From an uncultured virus (IMG/VR IMGVR_UViG_3300025915_000006) (lineage: Duplodnaviria; Heunggongvirae; Uroviricota; Caudoviricetes): a stretch of 20,000 nucleotides of DNA. Shown here one piece after another: positions 1-9,190 of the stretch. Position numbers and translations under genes: made by a program. Within the stretch, counting starts at the first letter, position 1. Every line of letters starts with the position of its first letter. Below the pieces are notes generated by a model that saw only the letters and a list, made by a program, of their open reading frames with translations, made no database searches and was not told the origin of the DNA. The DNA lies in the IMG/VR virus record IMGVR_UViG_3300025915_000006, one strand, 5' to 3'.

Positions 1-1312
1 CTGCAACGCCACCGTTGCCGCCGATCCCACCGAGACCGTAGGGCGTGGACGCGCCGCCGCCGCCGCCGCCCTGCGTCGATGCGCTCGTGCCGCCCGCCGC
101 GCCGGCAGGATAGCCGCCAGACGGTCCGCCAGCAGCGCCATTGCCGCCGGTAGTCGTGGAACCGCCGCCACCTGCGGAGCCGCCCCAGTGCGTCGGCGAT
201 TCGCCCGCTCCGAGCGCGCCCGTGCCGGCGCCTCCAGCGGCACCTGCGCCGCCGCCGCCCGTGCCGCCCGTGCTCGCCGCTGAACCCTTGCCTCCCTTGC
301 CGCCCTTGGCGGTGAATGTGATCGGACCCGCGAAGACCGTGTCGCCGCCGTCTCCGCCATCCGCCGCCGATCCGCCGGCAGGGGCGACGCCAGCGGCCCC
401 GATCGTCACGGCATACGTCGCGCCCGCAACGACATTGACCGGGAGGCCGACCACCTGCTCGCCCGCGCCACCGCCGCCGGCACCGAGAGCGCTGGCGCGC
501 GTTCCGCCTGCGCCGCCAGCGCCGATCATGGTGATGCGGCCATTGGTGACGTTAGCCGGGATCGTGATGTTTCCCGAAGACGTGAGTTCGATCGACTTCG
601 TCGTCGGGGTGATGGGAAGACCGCCTTGGAGCGTCATGGCAAACCACGACGTTCCGAGCCCGTTGTTGACGTTGAGCGAGCCGCCGGAATCCTGCAAACC
701 GAGCAGTTCGACGTAGTCGGTGACCGCAAGGTCATAGACGCAATGCACGCCCAGACGACTCGGGTCAGCGCCCGAAGATGTCAGACGATTTTCTTCGCCA
801 ATGATCGTCGTGCCATTCAGGCGGATGCGCAGTTGTCGCTTGCCCGTGGCATTAGCAAGAAATTCCGCGATGCCCTGAATGACGTACTTGCCCGCGACCT
901 GACACGTAAGCCTGCCTGTGTTCGAGGCGTTGTCGTGAATCGAACTCGTGTCATACGACTCGGTATCGAAGACGAGGACTGTTTCAGTATTGTTGGCGAG
1001 CAATTGCTGCGAGGAAGCGTACACGCGCGCCGCTTCTATCGTTGCGCCGCCGGAACCTCCAGCGCTCGCCGCCCACTTGATCCCGGTTGCCTGCGTGCTA
1101 TCGGCGGTCAGGACGAACGTGTCCGTGCCAACGCCAAGCCGCGCGCCGGTCGTTGAATAGGTGTAGAGGTCGCCCTTGGTCGTCAACGGCGATCCGCGCA
1201 GATCACCAGCAGCGACATTTTTCGTCGTCCCGCCCTGATCGCAGGGGATGAGTTCGCTTCCAGTGAGCGGAACCGTCGCTGCTGGCAACCCGGTAATCGT
1301 GCTGTCGGCCAT
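1..1312 (-). CDS. Tail fibre / receptor-binding protein, 3'-truncated by the window edge; N-terminal anchor, C1q/TNF-like domain, glycine-rich domain
   Basis: Not in the ORF track because it runs off the edge. Translated by hand from ATG at 1312, which abuts the upstream TAA at 1313-1315: MADSTITGLPAATVPLTGSELIPCDQGGTTKNV...PLTTKGDLYTYSTTGARLGVGTDTFVLTADSTQATGIKW...VLVFDTESYDTSSIHD...GRLTCQVAGKYVIQG...IRLNGTTII...VYDLAVTDYVELLGLQDSG...MIGAGGAGG...GGGGAGE... The frame stays open to position 1. It lies after the tape measure and tail-tip genes. Confidence 0.85.
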   Translation of the reverse strand, partial: MADSTITGLPAATVPLTGSELIPCDQGGTTKNVAAGDLRGSPLTTKGDLYTYSTTGARLGVGTDTFVLTADSTQATGIKWAASAGGSGGATIEAARVYASSQQLLANNTETVLVFDTESYDTSSIHDNASNTGRLTCQVAGKYVIQGIAEFLANATGKRQLRIRLNGTTIIGEENRLTSSGADPSRLGVHCVYDLAVTDYVELLGLQDSGGSLNVNNGLGTSWFAMTLQGGLPITPTTKSIELTSSGNITIPANVTNGRITMIGAGGAGGTRASALGAGGGGAGEQVVGLPVNVVAGATYAVTIGAAGVAPAGGSAADGGDGGDTVFAGPITFTAKGGKGGKGSAASTGGTGGGGAGAAGGAGTGALGAGESPTHWGGSAGGGGSTTTGGNGAAGGPSGGYPAGAAGGTSASTQGGGGGGASTPYGLGGIGGNGGVA

Positions 1313-2971
1313 TTACGCTACGACCCTGATTCGGTCGCCATTTAATTGAAGGATGTTGTCGAGGTTGACGAGTTGCATCAGAAAGCTGTCGGCCGCGTCG
1401 GTGCCCGATGCCTCGCGCCGATACGCCAGCGTCAGCCCTACCGATTCCGTATTGAGGTCCAGCGCAACCGACGTGACCTGCATCGCAGGGCCGCTGTCCA
1501 GGGCATAGCGATCGAGCGTCAGCGTAACGATGTCGCCGAGTTCAAGCGCATAAGCCCTGATCCCGACCGTGATGTCGATCAGTTGCAGCCACGACAGGAG
1601 TTGCTTGCGCTTGGCTTCCGCGAAGTTCGCGAGACTCACCAGGCAATCCGCGTCCAGCTCGGCCGAAATCAGCGTGGCAAAAACCGGCGACGGCCCCATC
1701 GTCGTGTGATACAGGCGCGGGTTATCGACGTAGCTCGTCCCGGTTGGAACCGGCCCCGAATAGGGCAAAGCGTCCCGCGTATACAGCCCGCGCGTGTTCT
1801 GGTCGATCGTGATGCCGGCCAACTGGTCCGCGGTCTGTACGGTGTAATTCTTGTTGCCGCTGCAAAATATCTGATCGTAGAGCGGGATGACCTCTTCGAC
1901 CTTGATCGCGTTGGCCGGCTTGATGTCGTCCGCGACCAAGGACAGGACAGGTGCGGAGGCCGGGTTGTACGGGAAAATCCTGCCATAGGTCGGACCACCG
2001 AAACGGTCGAAGCCATAAAACGTGTTGGTCGACGTCGCGACGTTGTTCAGCACGTCGACGAGGTTCTGTGGCTCGCGGATCGACAGTCCGAGCGGATAGT
2101 CGTAATCGGATCCTGGAACAAACGTCGAATGCGGCGCCGCGCCGCCGAATCCGCCGTAGACGTGAAACAGCACCGAATAGATTCCCGAGGTCTTGAAGCC
2201 AACGCTCCAACTCGGAACATAGCCGAGCAGGTCAGCCGTGACCGTTCCGTCGGGCGAGAAAGCAATCGGGAACGAACCGCCGGGATTGTCTCCGAGCCCG
2301 CCGGCTAGCGGATCGCCACGAATCCGCTTCGCGGTCATGAAGCCGTGTGTCGTCCCGTCACTGAACGCGTAAGTGTTCGTCGCTTGGTCGGTAAGCAGGC
2401 ACTCGACGTTATGCACCCAGCCGATATTGATCGGCAGGGGTTTCCCGGCATTCGGGCCCGTTCCGCCGACCGGAAGCCCACCGATGTTGCGGTCGAGCAA
2501 ATAGGAGGCATCCTTGACGTTGAACTGAATCGTCGTCGGATCGGGAACCGCAATCGATGCTCCGACACAGGTGAACATCAGGCGAAAATCGGCCTTCGCC
2601 CAACTCAAATCGCCATAGTAGATGCGATTCGCCGAGCCGTCATAGGCAAAGCCGAGAATTGCATCCTGCGCGCCGTTGGCGTTGGCAATAACCCCGTTAC
2701 CGAACGATGCCGAGTAGATGCCGCCCAGCCGCGCCCGGTCCAGACTGCGCGTGAACGTCGGGGCCGTGATGACGCAATCGGTGTATCGCTGATTCGCCGG
2801 GGTATCGGTCGCCGAAGACACGAACCCCGGATGATCGGCGAAGTAGAGCGTGTTGGTTACCGGCGCTCCCGCGACCTCCGCGATGTAGTCGATCTCCCAC
2901 AAGATGACCTTGGTAACTCCAGCATCTTTTCGGCGCAGCCAAACGGCGAACTGCGCGTCGGAAATGCTCAT
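1313..2971 (-). CDS. Tail tip / baseplate hub-type protein (552 aa)
   Basis: Lies immediately after the tape measure with an ATGA overlap. Beta-rich sequence; C-terminal ALELGDIVTLTLDRYALD...MQVTSVALD resembles the ends of Tal/hub proteins. Function is inferred mainly from synteny. Confidence 0.7.
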   Translation of the reverse strand: MSISDAQFAVWLRRKDAGVTKVILWEIDYIAEVAGAPVTNTLYFADHPGFVSSATDTPANQRYTDCVITAPTFTRSLDRARLGGIYSASFGNGVIANANGAQDAILGFAYDGSANRIYYGDLSWAKADFRLMFTCVGASIAVPDPTTIQFNVKDASYLLDRNIGGLPVGGTGPNAGKPLPINIGWVHNVECLLTDQATNTYAFSDGTTHGFMTAKRIRGDPLAGGLGDNPGGSFPIAFSPDGTVTADLLGYVPSWSVGFKTSGIYSVLFHVYGGFGGAAPHSTFVPGSDYDYPLGLSIREPQNLVDVLNNVATSTNTFYGFDRFGGPTYGRIFPYNPASAPVLSLVADDIKPANAIKVEEVIPLYDQIFCSGNKNYTVQTADQLAGITIDQNTRGLYTRDALPYSGPVPTGTSYVDNPRLYHTTMGPSPVFATLISAELDADCLVSLANFAEAKRKQLLSWLQLIDITVGIRAYALELGDIVTLTLDRYALDSGPAMQVTSVALDLNTESVGLTLAYRREASGTDAADSFLMQLVNLDNILQLNGDRIRVVA

Positions 2972-5900
2972 CGTTGCGGCGTTGAGGCGACCAGCAGATT
3001 CGCTGCGGTGAGCGTCGCGGCGGTCTGGAGCTGCGCATCCTTGGTCGCGGCATTGGCGATCGCCGTCAGCAGTTGCTGCATCGTCGTTTGCAGCGTCTTC
3101 GTAGCCGCAGTACTGGCGGCTACGTCGGCGGACGATGCGAGCTTGGAATCGGTCGGAAGGGCTGAAGCAATGGCAACCGTCGCGCTCATCGTGGTCGGCA
3201 GAGGCAGGCCATTGGGTCCTGTGCCAGCGAGCGGTGCCAAGTCCTTCGTGACCTCGTTGAACACATTTAGATAGTTCGACGGGTCGAAGCTTTGCGCCTG
3301 CTTGAGAAAGGCATCGGCCAGTTGCGTAATGTCACCCAACGCAGCCTGTCGGCTTGCCGTGTCGGTATTGCTCGGCTGCGCCTTGGCGAGATCGTCCAGA
3401 AACGCGTTTTGCGCGGCGTTGAGTTGCTGGTTCGGTGTGAGGGGCGATAGCGAACCGACCTGCAGTCCCTTCAGATAGTCGGCGATGCCCTGCTGCAGCC
3501 GCGCCATCTGATCGAGCGCGCCACTTACTCCACTTGAAACGCCGGCGACGATCGCGTCCCAGCGCTGCTGAAACAGCGTATTGACCGCTGCGAGATCGTC
3601 GGGGAAGCCCTGGAAGATCGCATCCTGCTGGTTGCGCCAGATTTCCAGGTTGACGAGCTGCTCGGCGCGTGAGGCATCGTAAAGCGCCGACAACCGATTG
3701 AACTCGGCAAGTTGCGTCGTCAGGTCCGCGTCGCTGCCTTTGAGCGTATTGACGTAAGCGGCGAACGCCGTATCCGAGCCGAACTGCGACGTATCGGCCT
3801 GCGCGTTCTTGATCGCCGAGTTGATGAGCCCGATCTGGATCGACAGCTTCGCGCCGAAGTCCCCGGTGGAATTGCCGGCCAGTGACGAGATATTGCTAAG
3901 CAGCGTCGTCGCCATGCCATCGGCTTGACTGATGAGACTGCCGACCGACACGGTCATCGAGTTCGTGGCTGCGTTGACGGCAGCCGCGGCATTCGTTGCA
4001 GCCGTTCCGAATCCGCCGACGGAGTCGATGAGGTCGCCGAGAATCGGAATGACGGCCTCGATCGCCTTGGCCTGATCGCTGTTCGCGCCATAGAGTGCGA
4101 TCGTCTCGCTCACCAGGTCACGGACGCCCTGCACGGTCGATGGAATGATGTCGAGTCCGAAGTGCGTCAGCACGGCATTGAGCGTCGTGCCGGCTGCGCT
4201 CGCGGTCTGCAGTTGCGTCTCGTCGACCGTCTGCCGATTTTGCAACTGCTCGGCCGGCGTGAGGAAGTGCTGCTGATAGTAGGCAAGCCCAGTGTTGGCG
4301 AGCTGATTCAGCGCCTGCGCGGCCTGATCCGCGGTGCCCGCGACCTGGACGAACAGCGGCGCGAGCGCGAGAATCGACGCGTACATCTTGTTGCTGGCGT
4401 CGCTTCCGTCCGTGAACGAGTTGAGCAGGTTGAGGAATGCCTGATGCGTCGCCGGAACGGTCAGCCCGAGATTGGCGAAATCGGTATTGAGGAGCGCCTG
4501 CGCCGCGTTGGCCTTGTCGGCGCTCGTCGTGAAGTTCGCCTGCAGATATGTCATCTGCGTAAGCGCGGCTTGCGCACCGCCCAAGGCATCGATGAACGCC
4601 GTCATCTGCGCTGGATTCAGCGCTTCCAGCTTTGGTCCGAGTCCACTGATCGAGTCGCCGAACTGGCTGACGATAGTGACGAACGCCAGAACCTTGTCGG
4701 CGGTCGCCTGTGTTGCATCGGAAAGTGCCGCGTCGACCTTGGAAGTGAAGTCGATATTGCCGATCTGCTTCGTCGCGTCGAAGATGCCGAGCAGCGAATT
4801 GCTGAACGTCGACACCTCGTCGGCCGTGCCGTGAAACGCCGCCGCGACGGAGCCCAAGGCGGGATCGAGCACGTTGAAGGCAGCGGTAACGACTTGCTGC
4901 AACACCTGACCGCCGTACTTCTGGAGGAAGTCCTGTGTGGTGAACGTGCCCGATTCGCTCGCGAACGTCGTGCCTTGCAGGATCGTGGCGAGACGTGACG
5001 ACTGTTCCGGCGAGAAGCGTTGCTGAAACGCATCCAAGGCCCCGGCAATCACCTTGTTCAACACTTGCGCCGCATCGCCGGAGAATTGCTGCGTGTTCGC
5101 ATCGTTGAATCCCAAGTTTCCGAAAGACGACGACGTGAACGCGTTGTCTTCGAAGCCGGTCGTCGTCGGCGATACCTGGAACTGGCCCTTGACCTCGGAA
5201 GGCTTGCTGCTAAACAGACCGGAAATGAGCGGGATCGCGAGGCCGAGGATGGGCAGGAACGGTGCCGCAGCGGCTAGGAATGTACCCGCGCCGGTAAGCG
5301 TCGTTTCCAGCGCTGCGGGAATGGATGCAGCGGCCTCTTCGCCTGCGCCTGTAGCGAGAATGCCGGACGGCGCCGAGAGCCCGATCGCCTGACCGACGCT
5401 GCTCGTCTCGAACGAATTGACGAGGCCGCCGGTGCCGGGAATGCCCTTGCCGCCCGTGAGCAACTGCATGATCTGGTTGACCGACGAGCCGCCCTGACCG
5501 AATAACTGATTCGCAGCATTCGCCGCAGTTGTTCCGAAACTCGGGGCAAGCGAGATGATGATCTGCTGCGCCGCTATTTCGGCAAACGCTTTCAGCGCCC
5601 ACGTCTTGAAGTCTGACCATAGCGTTTGAAACGCCGAACTGCCGTGCGTGACGAAGTTCTCGATGAACGTCGCGCCTTCGTCGGCCGCGGATTGCAGCGT
5701 GCTCTTCCATGCATCGAGCGACTTCGTCAGTTGCTCGCCAGTGAATAGCGTTTCCGCGAGCTTCCTCTGCGCGTCTGCCTGCGCGAGCAAGTCGTTGATG
5801 CGCTCCTGACTGCCGTTGTGCAGCGTCTCGTAAGCCGCAGCCTCCTGAAGTTGCGCGGCGATGAATAGATGCGTCTGCGATGCCGAAAGTCCGATGACCA

Positions 5901-7971
5901 GATTCGCCTGCGTCTGCTGCGCAATTTGATCGTTGATCGACTTGACGCTCGCTTCGTATGCTGCATTGACTTGGTGCAACTGCTCTACATTGTCTTTTCC
6001 TGCTTCCGTGCCTTTACTGATCGTGTCGTTAAGATGATCCTGCGCGACCGTCAGCGCAGCGTTGGCGGGAATCAGTTTGTTATAGAGCGCATAAACGGTA
6101 TTCAGGAAATCGTTATAGCTCGCGAATTTTGCAGGATCGAGCGCGGCAATCTGCGCCTGAATGCCGGAGACAAGCGCCTGCTGCTGATCGATCGCAACCT
6201 GTTCGTTCTGCGCCTGAACGTCGATGCCCTGTTTCTGAACCGCCATCAGTTGATCGTAGTAATGCTGGAAGTCGATGACGCCGCGATCATACTGACGTTT
6301 GATCGCGTCTTCCTGCTGCGTGAGCCCAAGCAGTTGACTCGTCGCGTCGGCGCCGGAAACTGCCTTCGTCGCAGCGACCTGGGCCGCCGAATACTTCTCC
6401 TGCTCGATGGTCAGTTTCGCAATGGCCGCTTGCTGATCCTTGATCTTCTGCACGTCCTGCTCGCGCCATGAAGCGATCTGCGCGGCTATCTCAATGGCTT
6501 CCTTCGTCTTGGCGTTGAACGTATCCCATACCGCGGCATTTGCCTTGAGGCCGGCGAGATACTTTTCTGCCTGCGTAATCTTCGTGCCCGAAAACAGATC
6601 GTCCAGTTCCGCGCTCGCTGCCGCCGCCTGTTTCTGGAATTCGAGCAGCGCCTGCGCAGCCTGATCGATGCCGCCTGTCGCGGCGCCGCTAAAGCCACTG
6701 CTTGGCTTCTTTCCTGGTGCCTGCGCTGCATTGCCGAATAGCCTGCGGTCCGTGCTATCAGCATTCAATGGCAGAGTCGCCTGTGCAGCCATTGCGGCAG
6801 CGAACTTGCCGTTGAACGACGTTATCTTCGCGAACTCATCTTCGAGCGCAGTCGACAGTGCGGTCTTGTTGGAGCCCCATGCGGCCGCCCACGCTTTGTT
6901 AGCGGACACGAGATCGGCGTTGCGCTTTGCAAGCATCGTATTGAGTTCATCGTTCGCTTGCTTCAGCGCGTCGCCGCCGAGGAACGATGCGGCGCCTACC
7001 TTGAAGATGGCGTAAAGCGTCTCAATGTCGTCGCCGACAACGCGCACGGAACTGCCAAACGCGTAAAACGCTTGCCCGATCGCCACCAGAGATTCGCCGA
7101 TGACGGCCCCGCCGATCGCGATCTTCAACGCCCACTTGGTAAACGAATCGTCCTCGGCAAATCCTTTCAACGTTCCCCGCAGGCCGTCGGCACCCGCTCC
7201 AGTAGCGGTGAATGCTTTGATAAGGTCCGATAACGCTGGAACGAGCGAAGCGGCAATCGTCGCCTTGAGTTGATCGCCTGCCAACTGCAACGTGCGCCAC
7301 TGGTCTTCCAGATCGTGCGCCGCCTTGACCTGCTGGTCCGAATACAACGCCTGCACCTGCGCTTCGTCGCCAAGCTGCTTTAGGAACGGCAACAGTTGTT
7401 GTGCTCCCTTGCCTAGCAAGGCAATCGCCGCGGCTGTCTTGGTGCCGTCGTCGGCGAACTCGTTCATGTGTTTCGCCAGTTCGACCAGGCCCTGCGTGGG
7501 ATTGGCGAGCAGTCGTCCTGCGTCCGTGGCGTTGAAGCCGAGCGCCTGCAACGCCTTACCCGCGGCGTTCGTGCCGTCACCGATCGATGCAAGGTTCTTG
7601 CTGAAACGGCCCGACGCCTGCGCGACTTCATCCAACCCTGTCCCTGACAGCTTCGCTGCGGGAATGAGCGCCGACAGTTCGCTCGCTGTCGTTCCAACTT
7701 TGACCGCCAAGTCCTGCAAGGACGCTTGCGCCTCAATGGAGCCAGTCACCATGTCCGCGAGACCCTTGATGCTGAAGCCGAGAATCGCGGCCTCGCCCAA
7801 GGTCTTCAACGACGAAACAACGCCGCCGATCCGATCATCCAGGTCGGAAAACTGCCCAGCCATCTCCTTGGCGCTGCGCGAGACAATATCTGCAGCCTGC
7901 TGCATCCCTGTGTAAAGGGAGGCAATGTCGGCAGAGACATTGACCGAGAGATCGCCGACGCTAGTCGACAT
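2968..7971 (-). CDS. Tail tape measure protein (~1667 aa)
   Basis: Longest ORF, Ala/Gln/Leu-rich and helical, downstream of the tail chaperones. N-terminus MSTSVGDLSVNVSADIA is typical of tape measures. Hydrophobic stretch FLAAAAPFLPILGLAIPLISGLF. Start moved from 7992 to the ATG at 7971, which overlaps the end of the chaperone T frame. Confidence 0.93.
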   Translation of the reverse strand: MSTSVGDLSVNVSADIASLYTGMQQAADIVSRSAKEMAGQFSDLDDRIGGVVSSLKTLGEAAILGFSIKGLADMVTGSIEAQASLQDLAVKVGTTASELSALIPAAKLSGTGLDEVAQASGRFSKNLASIGDGTNAAGKALQALGFNATDAGRLLANPTQGLVELAKHMNEFADDGTKTAAAIALLGKGAQQLLPFLKQLGDEAQVQALYSDQQVKAAHDLEDQWRTLQLAGDQLKATIAASLVPALSDLIKAFTATGAGADGLRGTLKGFAEDDSFTKWALKIAIGGAVIGESLVAIGQAFYAFGSSVRVVGDDIETLYAIFKVGAASFLGGDALKQANDELNTMLAKRNADLVSANKAWAAAWGSNKTALSTALEDEFAKITSFNGKFAAAMAAQATLPLNADSTDRRLFGNAAQAPGKKPSSGFSGAATGGIDQAAQALLEFQKQAAAASAELDDLFSGTKITQAEKYLAGLKANAAVWDTFNAKTKEAIEIAAQIASWREQDVQKIKDQQAAIAKLTIEQEKYSAAQVAATKAVSGADATSQLLGLTQQEDAIKRQYDRGVIDFQHYYDQLMAVQKQGIDVQAQNEQVAIDQQQALVSGIQAQIAALDPAKFASYNDFLNTVYALYNKLIPANAALTVAQDHLNDTISKGTEAGKDNVEQLHQVNAAYEASVKSINDQIAQQTQANLVIGLSASQTHLFIAAQLQEAAAYETLHNGSQERINDLLAQADAQRKLAETLFTGEQLTKSLDAWKSTLQSAADEGATFIENFVTHGSSAFQTLWSDFKTWALKAFAEIAAQQIIISLAPSFGTTAANAANQLFGQGGSSVNQIMQLLTGGKGIPGTGGLVNSFETSSVGQAIGLSAPSGILATGAGEEAAASIPAALETTLTGAGTFLAAAAPFLPILGLAIPLISGLFSSKPSEVKGQFQVSPTTTGFEDNAFTSSSFGNLGFNDANTQQFSGDAAQVLNKVIAGALDAFQQRFSPEQSSRLATILQGTTFASESGTFTTQDFLQKYGGQVLQQVVTAAFNVLDPALGSVAAAFHGTADEVSTFSNSLLGIFDATKQIGNIDFTSKVDAALSDATQATADKVLAFVTIVSQFGDSISGLGPKLEALNPAQMTAFIDALGGAQAALTQMTYLQANFTTSADKANAAQALLNTDFANLGLTVPATHQAFLNLLNSFTDGSDASNKMYASILALAPLFVQVAGTADQAAQALNQLANTGLAYYQQHFLTPAEQLQNRQTVDETQLQTASAAGTTLNAVLTHFGLDIIPSTVQGVRDLVSETIALYGANSDQAKAIEAVIPILGDLIDSVGGFGTAATNAAAAVNAATNSMTVSVGSLISQADGMATTLLSNISSLAGNSTGDFGAKLSIQIGLINSAIKNAQADTSQFGSDTAFAAYVNTLKGSDADLTTQLAEFNRLSALYDASRAEQLVNLEIWRNQQDAIFQGFPDDLAAVNTLFQQRWDAIVAGVSSGVSGALDQMARLQQGIADYLKGLQVGSLSPLTPNQQLNAAQNAFLDDLAKAQPSNTDTASRQAALGDITQLADAFLKQAQSFDPSNYLNVFNEVTKDLAPLAGTGPNGLPLPTTMSATVAIASALPTDSKLASSADVAASTAATKTLQTTMQQLLTAIANAATKDAQLQTAATLTAANLLVASTPQR

Positions 7972-8323
7972 GCTTGACGCCCGCCTTGGCAAAGAACCAC
8001 GTCACGGTCGCCGCATCGATCTTGGCACCATCCGCTGGGACTTCTTCGGCTTTCCGCGCGACCTGTTTCCAGAGCATGAAGTCCTCTAAGCCGAAGGGTT
8101 CGCTGCGTTTCTTGGGATCACGATTGATGTTCGCCAAGGTCGATACAAGGTGAGCGCTGCGGACGTTCTTGGGCCAGTCTCCCCACGGTTCCATCTGATA
8201 GAACTCGGCCCACAACGCGATTTCCTCATAGGAATAGTCGAGAATCTCTTCGACGCTCCGTCCATGCAGGGCCGCAAGGCGATACATGAACAGCAGTGAC
8301 GGGTCGTCGGCTAGGCGTTTTTT
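7961..8323 (-). CDS. Tail assembly chaperone C-terminal (gpT-like) frame, probably expressed as a G-T fusion by -1 frameshift
   Basis: The frame is open from the slippery site (8323) through KKRLADDPSLLFMYRLAALHGRSVEEILDYSYEEIALWAEFYQMEPWG... to TAG at 7961. The W..FY..EPWG pattern is typical of these proteins. Located between gpG-like and tape measure genes. Confidence 0.85.
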   Translation of the reverse strand, partial: KKRLADDPSLLFMYRLAALHGRSVEEILDYSYEEIALWAEFYQMEPWGDWPKNVRSAHLVSTLANINRDPKKRSEPFGLEDFMLWKQVARKAEEVPADGAKIDAATVTWFFAKAGVKHVD

Positions 8324-8604
8324 GCCTCTTCCTTTTTCGGCGGCATCATCGCGGCGTTAAGCTGTTGCAGCACCGCCCAATCCTTGTCGAGGATTTCTTC
8401 GATACGATCCTTGGTGATCGGCGAGCCGTCCTCATTCACCACGCATTCAGCAAGCAATTCATGGCTCGACTGCTCGTTGCTCAGGCTGTTGCTCTTCGCC
8501 TTGTCGGACTGCTTCAGCATCAAGCGGCCAGAAGGCTTGCGGTAAAAATAGGTTTCGGTAACGTCGTCGCAAGTAACTTCCAGCGAATAAATCTTCCGTG
8601 CCAT
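8311..8604 (-). CDS. Tail assembly chaperone (gpG-like, 97 aa)
   Basis: Directly after the tail tube gene, with an AAGGAG SD. LLAECVVNEDGSP motif; ends in EEAKNA over a slippery heptamer. Confidence 0.88.
   Translation of the reverse strand: MARKIYSLEVTCDDVTETYFYRKPSGRLMLKQSDKAKSNSLSNEQSSHELLAECVVNEDGSPITKDRIEEILDKDWAVLQQLNAAMMPPKKEEAKNA
8317..8323 (-). other. -1 programmed ribosomal frameshift heptamer A_AAA_AAC
   Basis: Minus strand reads GAG GCA AAA AAC GCC TAG. This is an X_XXY_YYZ heptamer in the correct phase, and the -1 frame joins the 7961..8287 ORF with no stop codon. Confidence 0.85.
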
Positions 8605-8611
8605 TTAAGAA

Positions 8612-8651
8612 CTCCTTCGAGGGTTCAGCGACCCTCGAAGGAGGACCGCTG
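8612..8651 (-). promoter_or_regulatory. Intergenic RNA hairpin(s) between tail tube and chaperone genes, covering the chaperone Shine-Dalgarno; possible leaky terminator
   Basis: Perfect 13-bp inverted repeat CTCCTTCGAGGGT (8612-8624) / ACCCTCGAAGGAG (8631-8643), followed on the coding strand by TTCTTAAATG. A competing 11-bp stem is possible at 8626-8651. Confidence 0.7.
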
Positions 8652-9083
8652 TTAGATCACGCCCGAGTAAGTAACCCCCCCGGTCGTTTGAACGGTGATT
8701 GACAACGTGACCTTCGCGTCGGTCGCGTCGGCCAGTTCCCACTTCGTGACGATGCCGTCGAACACGAACGTATGGAACGTCGTCTTCGTGGAATCGGACG
8801 GAATCTGCAGCATGAATTGCTCCGGGTCCGCCGTCGTGTTGAACATGGTGAACATGTCCATCTGCTTCGTGCCGCCCGTGAAGTTGCATGAGAGCTGGAC
8901 CGCACCGTTGTCGGCGAGGCCCTGCAGATATTCCTTGCGGGTTGAACCCAGATGCGAAACGTCGATCAACTGCGCGGTGCCTTGCGGGCCGCCGATCGAG
9001 ATGACTTCCTCGATCGCCACATACGATGCCGGCGAGCCGGGACCGCTATGCGAGATTTTGCTGCCTTGGCTGTTGATGGCCAT
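8652..9083 (-). CDS. Major tail (tube) protein, siphovirus type (143 aa)
   Basis: GGAGAGG SD. MAINSQGSKI...IEEVISIGGPQGTAQLIDVSHLGSTRKEYLQGLADNG is the IDVT.L.S..KEY..GL.D.G tail-tube pattern. Synteny agrees. Confidence 0.92.
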   Translation of the reverse strand: MAINSQGSKISHSGPGSPASYVAIEEVISIGGPQGTAQLIDVSHLGSTRKEYLQGLADNGAVQLSCNFTGGTKQMDMFTMFNTTADPEQFMLQIPSDSTKTTFHTFVFDGIVTKWELADATDAKVTLSITVQTTGGVTYSGVI

Positions 9084-9190
9084 GTGCCTCTCCGATGTGA
9101 GTCGGGGCGGCGATGGCCGTCTGCGTAAAAGGGCAGACTAGCGGGCCCGAACAAGACCTGCGGTGCAAAGGCGGTGCGTATCAGGGACCG

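Noticed and set aside
141..716. Proline-rich + strand ORF (191 aa)
   Set aside because: It is the antisense shadow of the glycine-rich fibre gene (GGC codons read as GCC/CCG); the minus frame has coherent domains and operon context.
1346..7977. Many + strand ORFs opposite the tail-tip and tape measure genes
   Set aside because: Arg-rich or Ser/Ala-rich shadow frames expected from high-GC codon bias; they fully overlap well-supported minus-strand genes.
8332..8340. Second possible slippery run CCG AAA AAG in the chaperone gene
   Set aside because: In frame it reads G_AAA_AAG, an imperfect heptamer; the perfect A_AAA_AAC at 8323-8317 is the better candidate.
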